Shown here piece after piece: positions 19,151-29,494 of a stretch of DNA of 64,000 bases. Position 1 is the first letter of the stretch. The number at the start of each line of letters is the position of its first letter. A program made the position numbers and the translations under genes. This DNA is from Caldisericota bacterium (lineage in GTDB: Bacteria; Caldisericota; Caldisericia; JAAYUI01): the NCBI GenBank assembly GCA_029548865.1, contig JAKPMO010000002.1:96001-160000 (forward strand). The letters are read 5' to 3'. The notes beneath the pieces were generated by a model. It was not told where the DNA came from, did not search any database, and worked only from the letters and a program-made list of their open reading frames with translations.

Positions 19151-21010
19151 TTGAGAAAAGCATTCTTGATTGTCATGCCAGCTATTCTGCTTCTGTGCTC
19201 CTGTGGTGCGCCCCAGGACAAAAACACCCAGGCTCCAGGTATTTACAGGAAGGCAACCAGCCAGGAAATGTCCCTTGCAGTAACTTTTTTACCTGAAGGA
19301 TGGAGTTTTTCTTCCCCCATTGTGGTCGATATCGGCCAGAAATACCTCTTTGCTGAAGCCGTGAAGTACGACAAGGGTGGAGGAAAGAGTGAAAGATTCA
19401 TGGCATTCAGGATTGATGGGGACTTGGTGCTTGATGTTTATGATTCGCTGCCTTCGCGATTTCGTATAGTTGATGACAGCGGCATTTCCAAAAACCATGA
19501 GACCAAATACAAGGTTGAATCTGACCTTTTCCCGGAAGATGGAAAACCTGTACAGGAACTTAATGGTGGGGCATACGTTCCTGTCTGCTGGACTGATGAT
19601 GATTATCCGGCAACATGGTCGCCAGTCTACATTATCAGAAACGACAAGGTGGTTTCCCTGCCAATGTGGCCCAAGGTTTTACAAACCATTGTTGGCCCTG
19701 CCAAGATTGGAGAAGAGAACGTCCTGGTTTCCATTGAGCTTGAGTCTTTAACAAGGATCAGTGCATCCTCCGAAGAGCCAATTTATGTTCCAGCAATTTA
19801 TGCTCCTGCAATCGACAGGGTGATGAAGAAAAAGGACGGCATCTGGGTAGATGCGTGCGAGGAGTTCCAGAGCTATGGCCAGAAGAAGGCCGATGAAATA
19901 CTCGACACGCCAAATGGGGAACTTGATTTTGAGAACCTGAGAAAGGTCTATCTTTATGGTCTTGTCTATGGTTTCAAGGACGAGGCAATCAGGAAGATTG
20001 AATCCAGGATTGAAAGCGACCCCAATTTGAAAAACAACCCTTTGGGCAAGGACAGGGTATTCATCAAAAAAATAACATCAGAAGACGACTATCAGCCGAT
20101 ATATCCTGGAAGAGAGGAAGCAAGGCTCTTCCTCCAACCTAGCCCAAAAAGGATGGAAGCTTTCAGGTCAGCTGTTGACAAAAAGTATGTGGTGGAAGCC
20201 GTCAGAATGGCTGATAGCAACTCGCTTTTTGCGATTACAAGCACACAGGGGGATGATGGCCAGCAGGAGAAAGCCCTCTTTTTCGCCTCTTTTGCCGGAG
20301 ATTCCATTGCCAGCCTTTACAAAACCAGCATTTCCGGCCTTGCGACCTTCGGGTTTATGGAAGGGGCAGACCTCTGGGGTTATGAGGGTCTGGCGCCATT
20401 TCCGGTTTATCCTGTCGGTGTCAATGAGGTTGGCGATTTTGAGCACCCGCGCTCGATTGTTTTCAAGGTTGAAGAAGACAAGCCTGTCCAGGTCCCTTTT
20501 GAATTTGAAAAGGGCGAAGTGGCAAGAGGTGTAAAGGTTGTGGGTGAAAAGGCCTACATTTACGCCATAAGCGAGCACTTTGGGTCACCATTTGGAATTG
20601 CCTACAAAGACAGGCTGATGGAGTATTCAGGCGACTCATTCAGGGAAATCTGGCCCATACTAAGTAGCATGCAGGGAAAGGCTGTTAGTGATGATTATGA
20701 GAAGAACGGCCTGGAGCTTCTTATAGACGCAAAAAAAGCTTTATTGTCCAAAGAAGAACTGACCGATTATTACTCGTACTACTCGGCAATTGATGCGTGG
20801 TTTTGCTTTGAAACCGGGATGTCAATTGATATCCATGGCCAGAACATTATTGATTTCATGAAAACTTTGCAAAACAAGCGCAATTTTGACCAGGCGTCCG
20901 AAATGGCGACCAAGATGCAGGGAGCCCTGAAGACCAGCAAAAAACTCACCGAAGTTTGGGGCGAAGAGCAGTTGGAATATCCACCAGTTTCATGGGAGAA
21001 GATAAAATAG
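19151..21010 (+). CDS. Hypothetical lipoprotein
   Basis: AAGGAGG RBS then TTG; lipobox LCSC; 619 aa. Confidence 0.8.
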   Translation: MRKAFLIVMPAILLLCSCGAPQDKNTQAPGIYRKATSQEMSLAVTFLPEGWSFSSPIVVDIGQKYLFAEAVKYDKGGGKSERFMAFRIDGDLVLDVYDSLPSRFRIVDDSGISKNHETKYKVESDLFPEDGKPVQELNGGAYVPVCWTDDDYPATWSPVYIIRNDKVVSLPMWPKVLQTIVGPAKIGEENVLVSIELESLTRISASSEEPIYVPAIYAPAIDRVMKKKDGIWVDACEEFQSYGQKKADEILDTPNGELDFENLRKVYLYGLVYGFKDEAIRKIESRIESDPNLKNNPLGKDRVFIKKITSEDDYQPIYPGREEARLFLQPSPKRMEAFRSAVDKKYVVEAVRMADSNSLFAITSTQGDDGQQEKALFFASFAGDSIASLYKTSISGLATFGFMEGADLWGYEGLAPFPVYPVGVNEVGDFEHPRSIVFKVEEDKPVQVPFEFEKGEVARGVKVVGEKAYIYAISEHFGSPFGIAYKDRLMEYSGDSFREIWPILSSMQGKAVSDDYEKNGLELLIDAKKALLSKEELTDYYSYYSAIDAWFCFETGMSIDIHGQNIIDFMKTLQNKRNFDQASEMATKMQGALKTSKKLTEVWGEEQLEYPPVSWEKIK

Positions 21011-21048
21011 CTTTGAAACATCGGAACGGAAGGATTATCATGTCTAAT

Positions 21049-21969
21049 ATGAAAAAAGTTTTGCCTTTGTGTGTTGTTTTGCTGTCCACTCTGTCTCTTC
21101 TTTCTTGTGGGGCTCCCCCGAATGATGGTGCTGGCAAAACCTTTGAGGAACGCATTGCAAAGTTTATCCCGGCTGATTTCAATGTTGCAGAAAAAAGAAA
21201 CATGGCTGGTGAGAACGTCTTTGTCCTGGCAAAAAGTCCCAAATCGGGCATCGCCCAGTACATGGCAATGATTGTGGATGATTCTGGCGGGGAATTGAAA
21301 ACGGTAAAGCAAGCAAAACCTTTCAGGGCCGAAAATGTCCAGCTGGCACCAGAACGCCAGTGGGGAGCGAAGCTTTCTGGTGATGAAAAAGGTTATGCAA
21401 TCATGATAAAGCTTGGTGGAGACAGACTTGAAGATACATTTGTCAAAGTCCTTGACAATTCCTTCAATGAAATCCCGAACGAGCTTGGCCCTGGCTATGT
21501 CACAAGAGATTTTGAGGACGTAGATTTCGATGGCAATTTCGACATCATAGTGCTTGACACGCGCTGGTCCAGGCTGGCAAAAATCTTGGGGAGCCAGCCT
21601 TATACGCAAAGAGTCTGCACCTACAGCGATGGCAAGTTTGTGCTTGACGATCCAAGGTTCAAGGACCGCTATGATGCTGGAATAAAGGCGTTTAAGGCCA
21701 AGCTTGATGAAGAAGCGCAATATGAAAACGAGGCTTTCTACTATTCCCTGAACCTTCTGCTTGTCCAGGAGGCGCTTGGACAGACAAAAGATGGACTCTC
21801 GAAGTTCCAGGCCTTTATAGGGACACTGAAAGACGAGAAACTTATCGGGCTCGGAAAAGAACTCCTTGGTGCTTTTACCTCCCAGGCTTCAAAGGGAGAA
21901 AAGCTGTCCGATCCTCTCTGGAAACCCTACAGTGCCCAGGCCTGGGAGCCACTTTTCTGGAAGGATTAA
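21049..21969 (+). CDS. Hypothetical lipoprotein
   Basis: MKKVLPLCVVLLSTLSLLSC lipobox; DVDFDGNFDI Ca-binding-like loop; alternative start at 21040. Confidence 0.8.
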   Translation: MKKVLPLCVVLLSTLSLLSCGAPPNDGAGKTFEERIAKFIPADFNVAEKRNMAGENVFVLAKSPKSGIAQYMAMIVDDSGGELKTVKQAKPFRAENVQLAPERQWGAKLSGDEKGYAIMIKLGGDRLEDTFVKVLDNSFNEIPNELGPGYVTRDFEDVDFDGNFDIIVLDTRWSRLAKILGSQPYTQRVCTYSDGKFVLDDPRFKDRYDAGIKAFKAKLDEEAQYENEAFYYSLNLLLVQEALGQTKDGLSKFQAFIGTLKDEKLIGLGKELLGAFTSQASKGEKLSDPLWKPYSAQAWEPLFWKD

Positions 21970-22030
21970 ACTTGGCTCAGCAAATATTACTTGACCTAAA
22001 AACCGACTTGTATTATATAAACATACGCGC

Positions 22031-22106
22031 TGCCGGATGGTGTAATTGGTAACACGCCTGACTCTGGATCAGGAGACTCTAGGTTCGAGCCCTAGTCTGG
22101 CAGCCA
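22031..22106 (+). tRNA. tRNA-Gln (anticodon CTG)
   Basis: Acceptor TGCCGGA/TCTGGCA, anticodon arm CCTGA-CTCTGGA-TCAGG, T-loop GGTTCGAG, encoded CCA. Confidence 0.95.
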
Positions 22107-22120
22107 AAAAAGAGGAGAAC

Positions 22121-22195
22121 GGCGCCATAGTATAATGGTCAGTACAAGGGGCTCTCAATCCCTAGATAGGAGTTCGATTCTCCTTGGCGCTACCA
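22121..22195 (+). tRNA. tRNA-Glu (anticodon CTC)
   Basis: Acceptor GGCGCCA/TGGCGCT, anticodon arm AGGGG-CTCTCAA-TCCCT, T arm AGGAG-TTCGATT-CTCCT, encoded CCA. Confidence 0.93.
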
Positions 22196-22216
22196 ATTGC
22201 GTCAAGGAAACACCAT

Positions 22217-22241
22217 AAAGGCCCACAAAGGGCCTTTTTTT
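22217..22241 (+). terminator. Terminator of the tRNA operon
   Basis: AAAGGCCC-ACAAA-GGGCCTTTTTTT. Confidence 0.8.
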
Positions 22242-22289
22242 GTTTTTTGTGGTCTTGAGGGAATTGCCACTCAATGGTATTATTTGGGC

Positions 22290-25235
22290 ATGATCAGGAC
22301 AAAGTTTTTGGGGATATGCCTTTCCTGCATTATTCTTGTGGGGTTTTCGTTTCCCATAAACCCTCAAATCCTTAGCGTTGTCTCTGTTCCAACAAGACTT
22401 CATTTTGAACTTGATGCCTATTGCTCGATAGGCAAACTTGATCATCCTGCTTTTGCAAACGAGGAGTTTCCTCAATTTTCTTCCTTTCCAAGATTCAAAG
22501 TGGCCATTGTGCCTGTTGCTACCGATACTAGACTCAATGGAACAAACCTCAAAAGACTCATTAATGTAAAAGATTTTGCAGATTATATTTCTTTTCATGC
22601 CCCAAATCTCAAGCTTGTGCAGCTCGGTGAAAGCTACACCTATTATCAAAATGGCCAGCCGGTCAACACGGGCAAGCTTTACAATGCGCTCACGGTGTCG
22701 TCCGATGATCCAAAAAGCGTCAAGGAGAGGATTGAAGCGACCCTTTCAAACAAAAAGGTCAATTGGACAATGCCGGCTGCTGAGCGCAGTTACTATGATG
22801 TCAGGGTGTTTGCGTCGCCAGATCCACCCTTCTCACTAGGAGAACTGACCAGCGACAAAAAATCTCTTGCCAATGGGGCCTTTCTTGACCAGCTTTCCCA
22901 GGGCTATTTCCCGGAGAATGGTTTTGCAAGGGAGAACGTAAAATTCAATGCTTGCCAGCCGTATACCGTTGTACCTGTTATTGTTGCGCAAGACAATTTC
23001 CTTGATTTCATGTTCAGGCCCGTCGGGACAGTTTTCGAAGAGGTTGGTGGGGAATATGTCCAAAAGCCCTCTTCCGAGTCAGCATGCGCAATAAAATCCA
23101 TTTTTCACGATGTTATTTTTGATCAAACAAGCTCTTCAATGGGTTTTGATGGTGTCATGGACATGACGATCAAAACCAAGTTGAGATATAAAAATGAGTT
23201 CAGGTTTGACTATTCGGTTGATCCACCGGAAATAGCCGGTCTTTCAGCGTTGCCGCTTGCAACATCCAACAATGGTGTTTCAAGCATGTTTGAACAGTCT
23301 GGCAAAAACCATCTTGTTCAGGGTTTCATGTCACTGGGAAAATTGTACAGGTGGATGCCGCAAACTGACCCGGCGTATCCAAACCAGAAACTGCTCATAA
23401 AGCCCGCCGTCAGAGACAGGGTACTTGCAGATGGGACTTACTGGGAACTTTCAAAATTCAGGGTCCATTTTCCAGATGCCACGCTTGTGGATGGGAAGGT
23501 GGAGGTCACCGAAAAGTTTGTTGATGTCTCCCCCATCAAGTTTGATGAGATATCACAGGGGAGATTTGCATACTTCACTTTCACAAATAATCCACTGCTG
23601 GAAGGCGCCGATTCGACCTTCTTCGTGGAGAAAATAGACAGGCCTTTCAGGGTTGAGGCAGTGTATGAACCGGGCAGACTTGGTGCCAGAGGAAAGCAGA
23701 ACACTGCCGAATCAACAAGGCTCAAACTTTTCTGGTCGGCGACGCCACAAATGAAGGACCTGGCAAAGAGAAAAACCCAGGAATATGGGGAAAACTGGTG
23801 GAAAAAAGCTTTTCCAACTTACTACAAGATCGTTCTCAAGGGTCCGGACGGCCAGAAAACATTTGACAAGATAAATCCCATGCAGGAGTCAATGATTGCC
23901 GATGGGTTGAAACCAGGCGCCGAATACTCATGGGAACTACAGACGTGGGTATCTGATGCCGAGGGTTCACCCCAGCTTGTCGAGACCTGGAAATCCGATT
24001 TTGTCAAAACAAAGCCTTTGCCGCTCCTTGTCGGCCACTGTGGCCAGCCTTCAATCATCAAGGTAAAAACAGCCGTTGATGTTGATGGTGATGAAGTTTG
24101 GGTAATATCGGCCCCAATGGCGTATGAGCTGGGCCTGACAAAATTCCAGCCGCTCTATTTTATGGCCAAGCCAACATCTTTTGGGCAATTCGAGAAACTC
24201 CTGAAATCAAAAACATACTATACGGTCGTTGAAAAAGATGATCAAAACTATCTCAGGGCCTACATAAAAGTATCGGCCTTCTCCGACTCGTATGAAAAGG
24301 ACGATCAGGGAAGAAATATCATCCACCTTGAATTCCAGCCTGTTGAAGTCAGGGTGGAAGGCGAGGCTGTTGATGAATTCATGCAACCCATTGGCAAATC
24401 CCTCGGCGGACATGCCGGAACGTGGTGGCCTGCGAGGGACGGCCCGTCAACCTCGTCGTTGAGGGTTGTTGAGGCCCCCCTGCTTGTCAAAACCAACAAA
24501 CTCTATCGCTTCAGAAGATGGACCTGGGTTGGTCCGATTTATGCACTGAGGACCCCAATCGAGGACGCTGAAAAGGGTATCGCCGTTTTGTTTGCCAATG
24601 TTGATGGTTGCCAGGCGAACCCTGACAAATATGTAAAGCCAAAGATATATGCCGTTTATGATACTGTGCCAGTGGATTGTTTTACGGTCACCTCAGATTT
24701 CGCAATCAACTGGAAACCTGTTGCTTACAGTGGAAGAATACCTATAAAACCGGAAGGTGATTGCCCGGGCAACTCCAGCGCGTATATGGCCGGAACACAG
24801 GTATCAATCGGCCCGGCACCAAAAGAGATTGTTATTGAGGAACTTAAATACAAATTTGTTGGTTGGATAATTGGTGAGAATTCGATTCCTGGAAAGGAAG
24901 TCTTAACCATAAACGTTGACAAGTCATACAACGTCCTGGCCAACTACCAGCCGGCCAATGATAGGTATGAGCTGTTCTTCTTTACTGACGCTGATGGCAG
25001 GCGCATAGACCTCAGACTGAGCGTAAATCCTCCACCAGACAAAGACGGTCTCTATAAGGCCGGAACTGTCGTAACGGTCGGCCCAGCACCACTAGAGCTC
25101 GATGATGGCAAATACTCATTTGCAGGTTGGGCGCTGGATGGCAATATTGTTGGGACTGATTTCAGGACAAATTCAATCCAGGTGACCATGGACAAAGCCC
25201 ACAGGCTCATCTGTCTCTACAAGCTCGGCGGGTAG
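22290..25235 (+). CDS. Large secreted hypothetical protein with FN3-like domain and two C-terminal InlB-B-like bacterial repeats
   Basis: Signal-like N-terminus; GLKPGAEYSWELQTW; two repeats YxAGTxVxxGPAP...YxFxGW...VDK/MDK. Confidence 0.75.
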   Translation: MIRTKFLGICLSCIILVGFSFPINPQILSVVSVPTRLHFELDAYCSIGKLDHPAFANEEFPQFSSFPRFKVAIVPVATDTRLNGTNLKRLINVKDFADYISFHAPNLKLVQLGESYTYYQNGQPVNTGKLYNALTVSSDDPKSVKERIEATLSNKKVNWTMPAAERSYYDVRVFASPDPPFSLGELTSDKKSLANGAFLDQLSQGYFPENGFARENVKFNACQPYTVVPVIVAQDNFLDFMFRPVGTVFEEVGGEYVQKPSSESACAIKSIFHDVIFDQTSSSMGFDGVMDMTIKTKLRYKNEFRFDYSVDPPEIAGLSALPLATSNNGVSSMFEQSGKNHLVQGFMSLGKLYRWMPQTDPAYPNQKLLIKPAVRDRVLADGTYWELSKFRVHFPDATLVDGKVEVTEKFVDVSPIKFDEISQGRFAYFTFTNNPLLEGADSTFFVEKIDRPFRVEAVYEPGRLGARGKQNTAESTRLKLFWSATPQMKDLAKRKTQEYGENWWKKAFPTYYKIVLKGPDGQKTFDKINPMQESMIADGLKPGAEYSWELQTWVSDAEGSPQLVETWKSDFVKTKPLPLLVGHCGQPSIIKVKTAVDVDGDEVWVISAPMAYELGLTKFQPLYFMAKPTSFGQFEKLLKSKTYYTVVEKDDQNYLRAYIKVSAFSDSYEKDDQGRNIIHLEFQPVEVRVEGEAVDEFMQPIGKSLGGHAGTWWPARDGPSTSSLRVVEAPLLVKTNKLYRFRRWTWVGPIYALRTPIEDAEKGIAVLFANVDGCQANPDKYVKPKIYAVYDTVPVDCFTVTSDFAINWKPVAYSGRIPIKPEGDCPGNSSAYMAGTQVSIGPAPKEIVIEELKYKFVGWIIGENSIPGKEVLTINVDKSYNVLANYQPANDRYELFFFTDADGRRIDLRLSVNPPPDKDGLYKAGTVVTVGPAPLELDDGKYSFAGWALDGNIVGTDFRTNSIQVTMDKAHRLICLYKLGG

Positions 25236-25260
25236 CTTGTAACAGTGAAAGGAATGATTG

Positions 25261-25902
25261 ATGAAACAAAACGGTGTTAAACTCTCTACTGCAATAATTC
25301 TTGCCATTGTAGTTGGAATTGCCTCATATTTTGCAACAGCTTTTTTCATTGGTGCGTGGCCTTTTGAGAAGGCAAAGCAGCCAACTACAAAAGACCTTCT
25401 AAAGGAATCTGGGTCACAGGATGGCTCACTTGAAGGCCTGTTCCCTGATGGAAAAGGCACTTATGGCACTTCAGATGGTTCGCAAAAGACATTTGATGGT
25501 TTTTCCATAGCCTTTCCAGATAAATGGCTCTATATGAGAATGCAAGATTCTGGCGTTGTTACTGGCCTGGATTCGCTTGATCCGATGGCCTCGGTTCAGG
25601 TGCTAAAGCTTTCGGGGAAGGACGTTCCCGAAGGTGACCCGGAAAAGGCACTGGATGAAATCCTCAAAACAACCGATGATAGCAAAATCGAAATCATAAG
25701 CAGAGAAAAGGTAAAATTTCTGGACAAGGACTGTTCACTTTTTCTTGGCAAGACCAAGAGGATGGACAAGGAGATCGGGATGATAACGCTTGTTGTGCCA
25801 AGCAGCAAGGACGCTTATGTCGTAATGGGCACTTTTAATGTTGATGATGGCAAAACCAAAGAAATTGTTGAAGATGTTATTGCGACATTCAGGCTAGAAT
25901 AG
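25261..25902 (+). CDS. Membrane-anchored hypothetical protein (PsbP/DcrB-like fold possible)
   Basis: N-terminal TM helix; GFSIAFPDKW and terminal EDVIATFRL pattern. Confidence 0.75.
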   Translation: MKQNGVKLSTAIILAIVVGIASYFATAFFIGAWPFEKAKQPTTKDLLKESGSQDGSLEGLFPDGKGTYGTSDGSQKTFDGFSIAFPDKWLYMRMQDSGVVTGLDSLDPMASVQVLKLSGKDVPEGDPEKALDEILKTTDDSKIEIISREKVKFLDKDCSLFLGKTKRMDKEIGMITLVVPSSKDAYVVMGTFNVDDGKTKEIVEDVIATFRLE

Positions 25903-25908
25903 AAATAA

Positions 25909-26868
25909 ATGCTGGCGCTTACAAGAATTCTGCAGCTCCTTGACATGTTGTTACAGGCAGGTAGCAGAAAGCTCACAAGTGCTGAAATATCAAACAAGCT
26001 TGAGATTTCAAGACGCCAGATCATAAGGGACATAGACAAACTCAGAGACGAAGGTTTCAACATCCGCTCTGACATGAACGGCTACTGGCTTGAAACTGCG
26101 CCTGATTTAGGCAGTTTCGGGTTGAGCAAGTTTGACAAATTTGTGATTACAACAGGGCTTGGGAGGATAATCGATTCAAAAGACCCGTGTCTTTCAAGGA
26201 TAGCCCAGGAAATCATTGAAAAGATCACAAACGAGAATCCCCAGACTGGTAGAGAAAAACCGGTCGATGAATTCAAGGTTGTCTATCTCAACGAGATAAA
26301 AAAAATCCAGAAAATAAGAGTTGCCATAGACTCAATGGTTGTGATCAATTTCAAGTACGAGCGTCCCAACAAGCTCGATGAAAAGCTCAGGAAAGTCAAA
26401 CCATACGAGCTTTTTTTCAAGAGACATGCCTACTATATGATTGCAATGCCAGAAGACAGCGACACTCTTATCATGTACAGAGTCAACAGGATGAAAGATA
26501 TAACACTCACCAGAGAGAGGTTCGTCAGAAGGCCCATAGATTTGAACAGCCACCTTTCAAACGCTTTTGAAGTGATGATTACTGGGCCGGTTGAAGACGT
26601 CGAAATACTGTTCAAAAAAAGTGTTGCGCCTTTTGTGTCGGAGCTTGTATGGCACAGCACGCAGAAAATAACTAAGAATGATGATGGGAGCATTATTTTT
26701 AAGGCAAGAGTTGCGATCAACCACGAGATTTTGCGCTGGGTGATGGGATATGGTAACGAGTGCGTTGTAGCCAAGCCAGAGCAACTCAAGCAGATGGTCA
26801 TAGAGCAAACAAAACTAATGCTGGAGGACTATCTTGACCAAAAGTCACCAAATGTCATTAATGCTTGA
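25909..26868 (+). CDS. WYL-domain transcriptional regulator (HTH-WYL-WCX, PafC/YafY-like)
   Basis: LTSAEISNKLEISRRQIIRDIDKL HTH; RKVKPYELFFKRHAYYMIA...YRVNRM WYL; LRWVMGYGNECVVAKPEQL WCX. Confidence 0.92.
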   Translation: MLALTRILQLLDMLLQAGSRKLTSAEISNKLEISRRQIIRDIDKLRDEGFNIRSDMNGYWLETAPDLGSFGLSKFDKFVITTGLGRIIDSKDPCLSRIAQEIIEKITNENPQTGREKPVDEFKVVYLNEIKKIQKIRVAIDSMVVINFKYERPNKLDEKLRKVKPYELFFKRHAYYMIAMPEDSDTLIMYRVNRMKDITLTRERFVRRPIDLNSHLSNAFEVMITGPVEDVEILFKKSVAPFVSELVWHSTQKITKNDDGSIIFKARVAINHEILRWVMGYGNECVVAKPEQLKQMVIEQTKLMLEDYLDQKSPNVINA

Positions 26869-26893
26869 CATAAAAATATATTTGTGCTAGTTT
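26852..26893 (+). promoter_or_regulatory. Extended -10 promoter for the 27002 gene with an overlapping inverted repeat
   Basis: TTGACA(26865)-17nt-TAGTTT preceded by TG; ATGTCA-N8-TGACAT at 26852-26871. Confidence 0.55.
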
Positions 26894-27001
26894 GCAATCA
26901 GTATTATACTTTAATGTATATTTCATGTGATAAAGCGACATCAATTTGGGGATGAACCAAAATGGTGGTCAGCGCGTACCTTTTTTTGAAAGGAGAAAGC
27001 C

Positions 27002-29470
27002 ATGAAAAGAACGCTTTGTGCGCTTCTTGTTTTTGTGCTTGCTGCCCCGGTCGTTTTTTCGGCCACATCAGACAGCATAACCATACCGTCTTTCGCAAAA
27101 TATAAGGACAATCCAGTCCTTCTTGCCAGGAAGGCAAAGCCTGGCGAATCAAAATACTTCGACTCCTCCGCTGTGACCGACCCATGCGTCATCTACTGGG
27201 AAGGCAGATACCACATGTGGTATACAGGCTGGATCAACTGGATGGGTGGCTCTGGCAGACAAGGGAGAATAGGCTACGCAATCTCGCCCGATGGCAAGAA
27301 ATGGACCAGGGTGGATGGCACTGCTGGTGGAATTGAAGCTCCGGGAGCAGTCCTTGGAACTGGCGCCAGCAATGAGTATGACGGGTTCTCTGTCCAGTCC
27401 CCATGGGTCATCAATGACAATGGTAAACTCAGAATGTATTATGTTGCCGTTGACACCAAAGGCAAAATGACCCTTGGCCTTGCCGAGAGCAATACCGGAA
27501 ATTACTGGAACAAGAAGGGCCAGATACTCATGCCCACAAATGAGCTGGCTTTCGATGGTTTCCAGGTCGGAAAGTGCTCGGTTGTAAGAGTCAACAACAT
27601 CTTCAAGATGTGGTATGAGGGCCAGTCCAAAATCGATTCAAGGTGGAGGATCGGCTATGCCACGTCGTATGATGGTTCGACCTGGACCAAAAACATTGGT
27701 GAAAAAACTGGCGGAGCAGTCCTTGACCTTGGCGACAAGATAACTGATTTTGACAACTTCACGGTCAGAGCGCCAAGCGTGGTCTTTGACGGTGTCTATT
27801 ACTATATGTGGTATGACACCTCGATGAGGGACGAGAAAACCAGCCAGATTGGAATCGCGACCTCAGTCAATGGAATAAGTTTTGAAAAGAAGGGTGTTTC
27901 CCTTGATGTCGGCAAGATAGGTGATTTTGATGCACAGAGAGTTGCCTCTCCTGGTGTCCTGAAGAATGGCCTTGTTTTCTACCTTTATTACTGCAATTAC
28001 TCCGACACCAACTCTGGCATTGGCCTTGCGACTTCAGGTGATTTGCCGGCCAACATCGGATCGGGTGTTGTGAAGCTTGACTGCAAGATCGGTGACGGTT
28101 TTGACTTCTCGCTTGGCAACAAAACAATTGATCCGACACTCGCTGATCTCGTTGTGGACTGCGGTTTTGGCGCCCCCAGAATGTGTGGCAGATATATAAG
28201 AAACGCTGTTGATTTTGCCGATGCAGAGTGTGTTCCTGCAGAGGGCTATCCAGCCGTTTCAAGCGTTAAGGAAAACTGCCAGAATATCGAAGTTGGCGCG
28301 ACCTATGCTTTCAAGACCATCAACGAGCAAAATTATGCCAAGATCAAGATAGAGGGCATCTGGCAGGACCCAGTTGACCCGAACCACTACGAAATAACCA
28401 TCAAGTGGATGTACCAGAGCAATGGTTCGCCCTGTTTCATTGGCGGGTCAAAAGAGCCACCTTCAAAACCATACAACCTCACCTGCGTGCCCGGCGACAG
28501 GGCCATCAAGCTCCAGTGGACAGCCGCTTTTGCGCCACCAGGAAAAGTCATTTCCTATTATGTCTACAGAGCCGATGAATCAGGTCAGGCCCAAAAGAAC
28601 AAGTCGCCAATACATGATTTCCCAGTTTCTCTAACGCAGTACACTGACATAGGTTTGACCAATGGGAAGACATACTACTACATCGTCAGGACGATTGACC
28701 AGTTTGGCAACATATCGGAAGCCTCAAATGAGACCTTCTGCCAGCCAAAGGCCGTCCATCCACCTACCTTCCCGCAGCCTCTTCCACCGGCCGGTGGAGC
28801 GCCTGTACCAGGCGACGGCTCATTTGATAATCCTTGGGTAATAGAGCAAAATCCTTGGGAATTTGACTGGTGTGGCTTCCAGCCGCAAACGCTGGTCATC
28901 ATAGCCGGAACCCAGTACGTTGCAGATGGCAATGGTTGCATTCATGTTTCAATAACACTTAAACCAGGCGGAAAGAACCAGATTGAATACACAATCATAA
29001 CCCCGACTGGTGACACGCTCTCTGGAAGCATCTGGGCAACACTAAAAGACACAAATGTTCATATAGAACTCTGGATTGGTAGGGGCTATATGATGAGAAA
29101 CAACCAGCAGATGACACTTGACCAGCCGCCAGAAATAAAGTTCGACAGAACAATGATCCCTATAAGGGCTGTCAGTGAGGCGCTTGACTGCCAGGTGGAA
29201 TGGGATGAAAAACAGAGAAAAATTACTGTCAGCAACTGCCTTAATAAAATCGAGCTTTGGATCAATAAGCCAACAGCTGTTGTAAATGGGACTCCTATAG
29301 CGATAGATGACAAGGATAAGAAAGTTGTTCCATATATATCTAAAGCTGGCAGGACCCTTGTTCCGTTCCGCTTCATAAGCGAAACGCTTGGTGCAAATGT
29401 TCAGTATGATGCAAACGAAAAAAAGGTAACAATAGATTATACACCACCAAAGTGTCCCAAGAACCCGTAA
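27002..29470 (+). CDS. Secreted five-bladed beta-propeller glycosidase-like protein with FN3 and C-terminal stalk domains
   Basis: AAGGAG RBS; five repeats (F/Y)DxxxVxxPxV..GxYxMWY..IGxAxSxDG; GLTNGKTYYYIV FN3; GRTLVPFRFISETLGA stalk. Confidence 0.85.
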   Translation: MKRTLCALLVFVLAAPVVFSATSDSITIPSFAKYKDNPVLLARKAKPGESKYFDSSAVTDPCVIYWEGRYHMWYTGWINWMGGSGRQGRIGYAISPDGKKWTRVDGTAGGIEAPGAVLGTGASNEYDGFSVQSPWVINDNGKLRMYYVAVDTKGKMTLGLAESNTGNYWNKKGQILMPTNELAFDGFQVGKCSVVRVNNIFKMWYEGQSKIDSRWRIGYATSYDGSTWTKNIGEKTGGAVLDLGDKITDFDNFTVRAPSVVFDGVYYYMWYDTSMRDEKTSQIGIATSVNGISFEKKGVSLDVGKIGDFDAQRVASPGVLKNGLVFYLYYCNYSDTNSGIGLATSGDLPANIGSGVVKLDCKIGDGFDFSLGNKTIDPTLADLVVDCGFGAPRMCGRYIRNAVDFADAECVPAEGYPAVSSVKENCQNIEVGATYAFKTINEQNYAKIKIEGIWQDPVDPNHYEITIKWMYQSNGSPCFIGGSKEPPSKPYNLTCVPGDRAIKLQWTAAFAPPGKVISYYVYRADESGQAQKNKSPIHDFPVSLTQYTDIGLTNGKTYYYIVRTIDQFGNISEASNETFCQPKAVHPPTFPQPLPPAGGAPVPGDGSFDNPWVIEQNPWEFDWCGFQPQTLVIIAGTQYVADGNGCIHVSITLKPGGKNQIEYTIITPTGDTLSGSIWATLKDTNVHIELWIGRGYMMRNNQQMTLDQPPEIKFDRTMIPIRAVSEALDCQVEWDEKQRKITVSNCLNKIELWINKPTAVVNGTPIAIDDKDKKVVPYISKAGRTLVPFRFISETLGANVQYDANEKKVTIDYTPPKCPKNP

Positions 29471-29494
29471 AAAGACAATTTCAGAGCTGAATTT

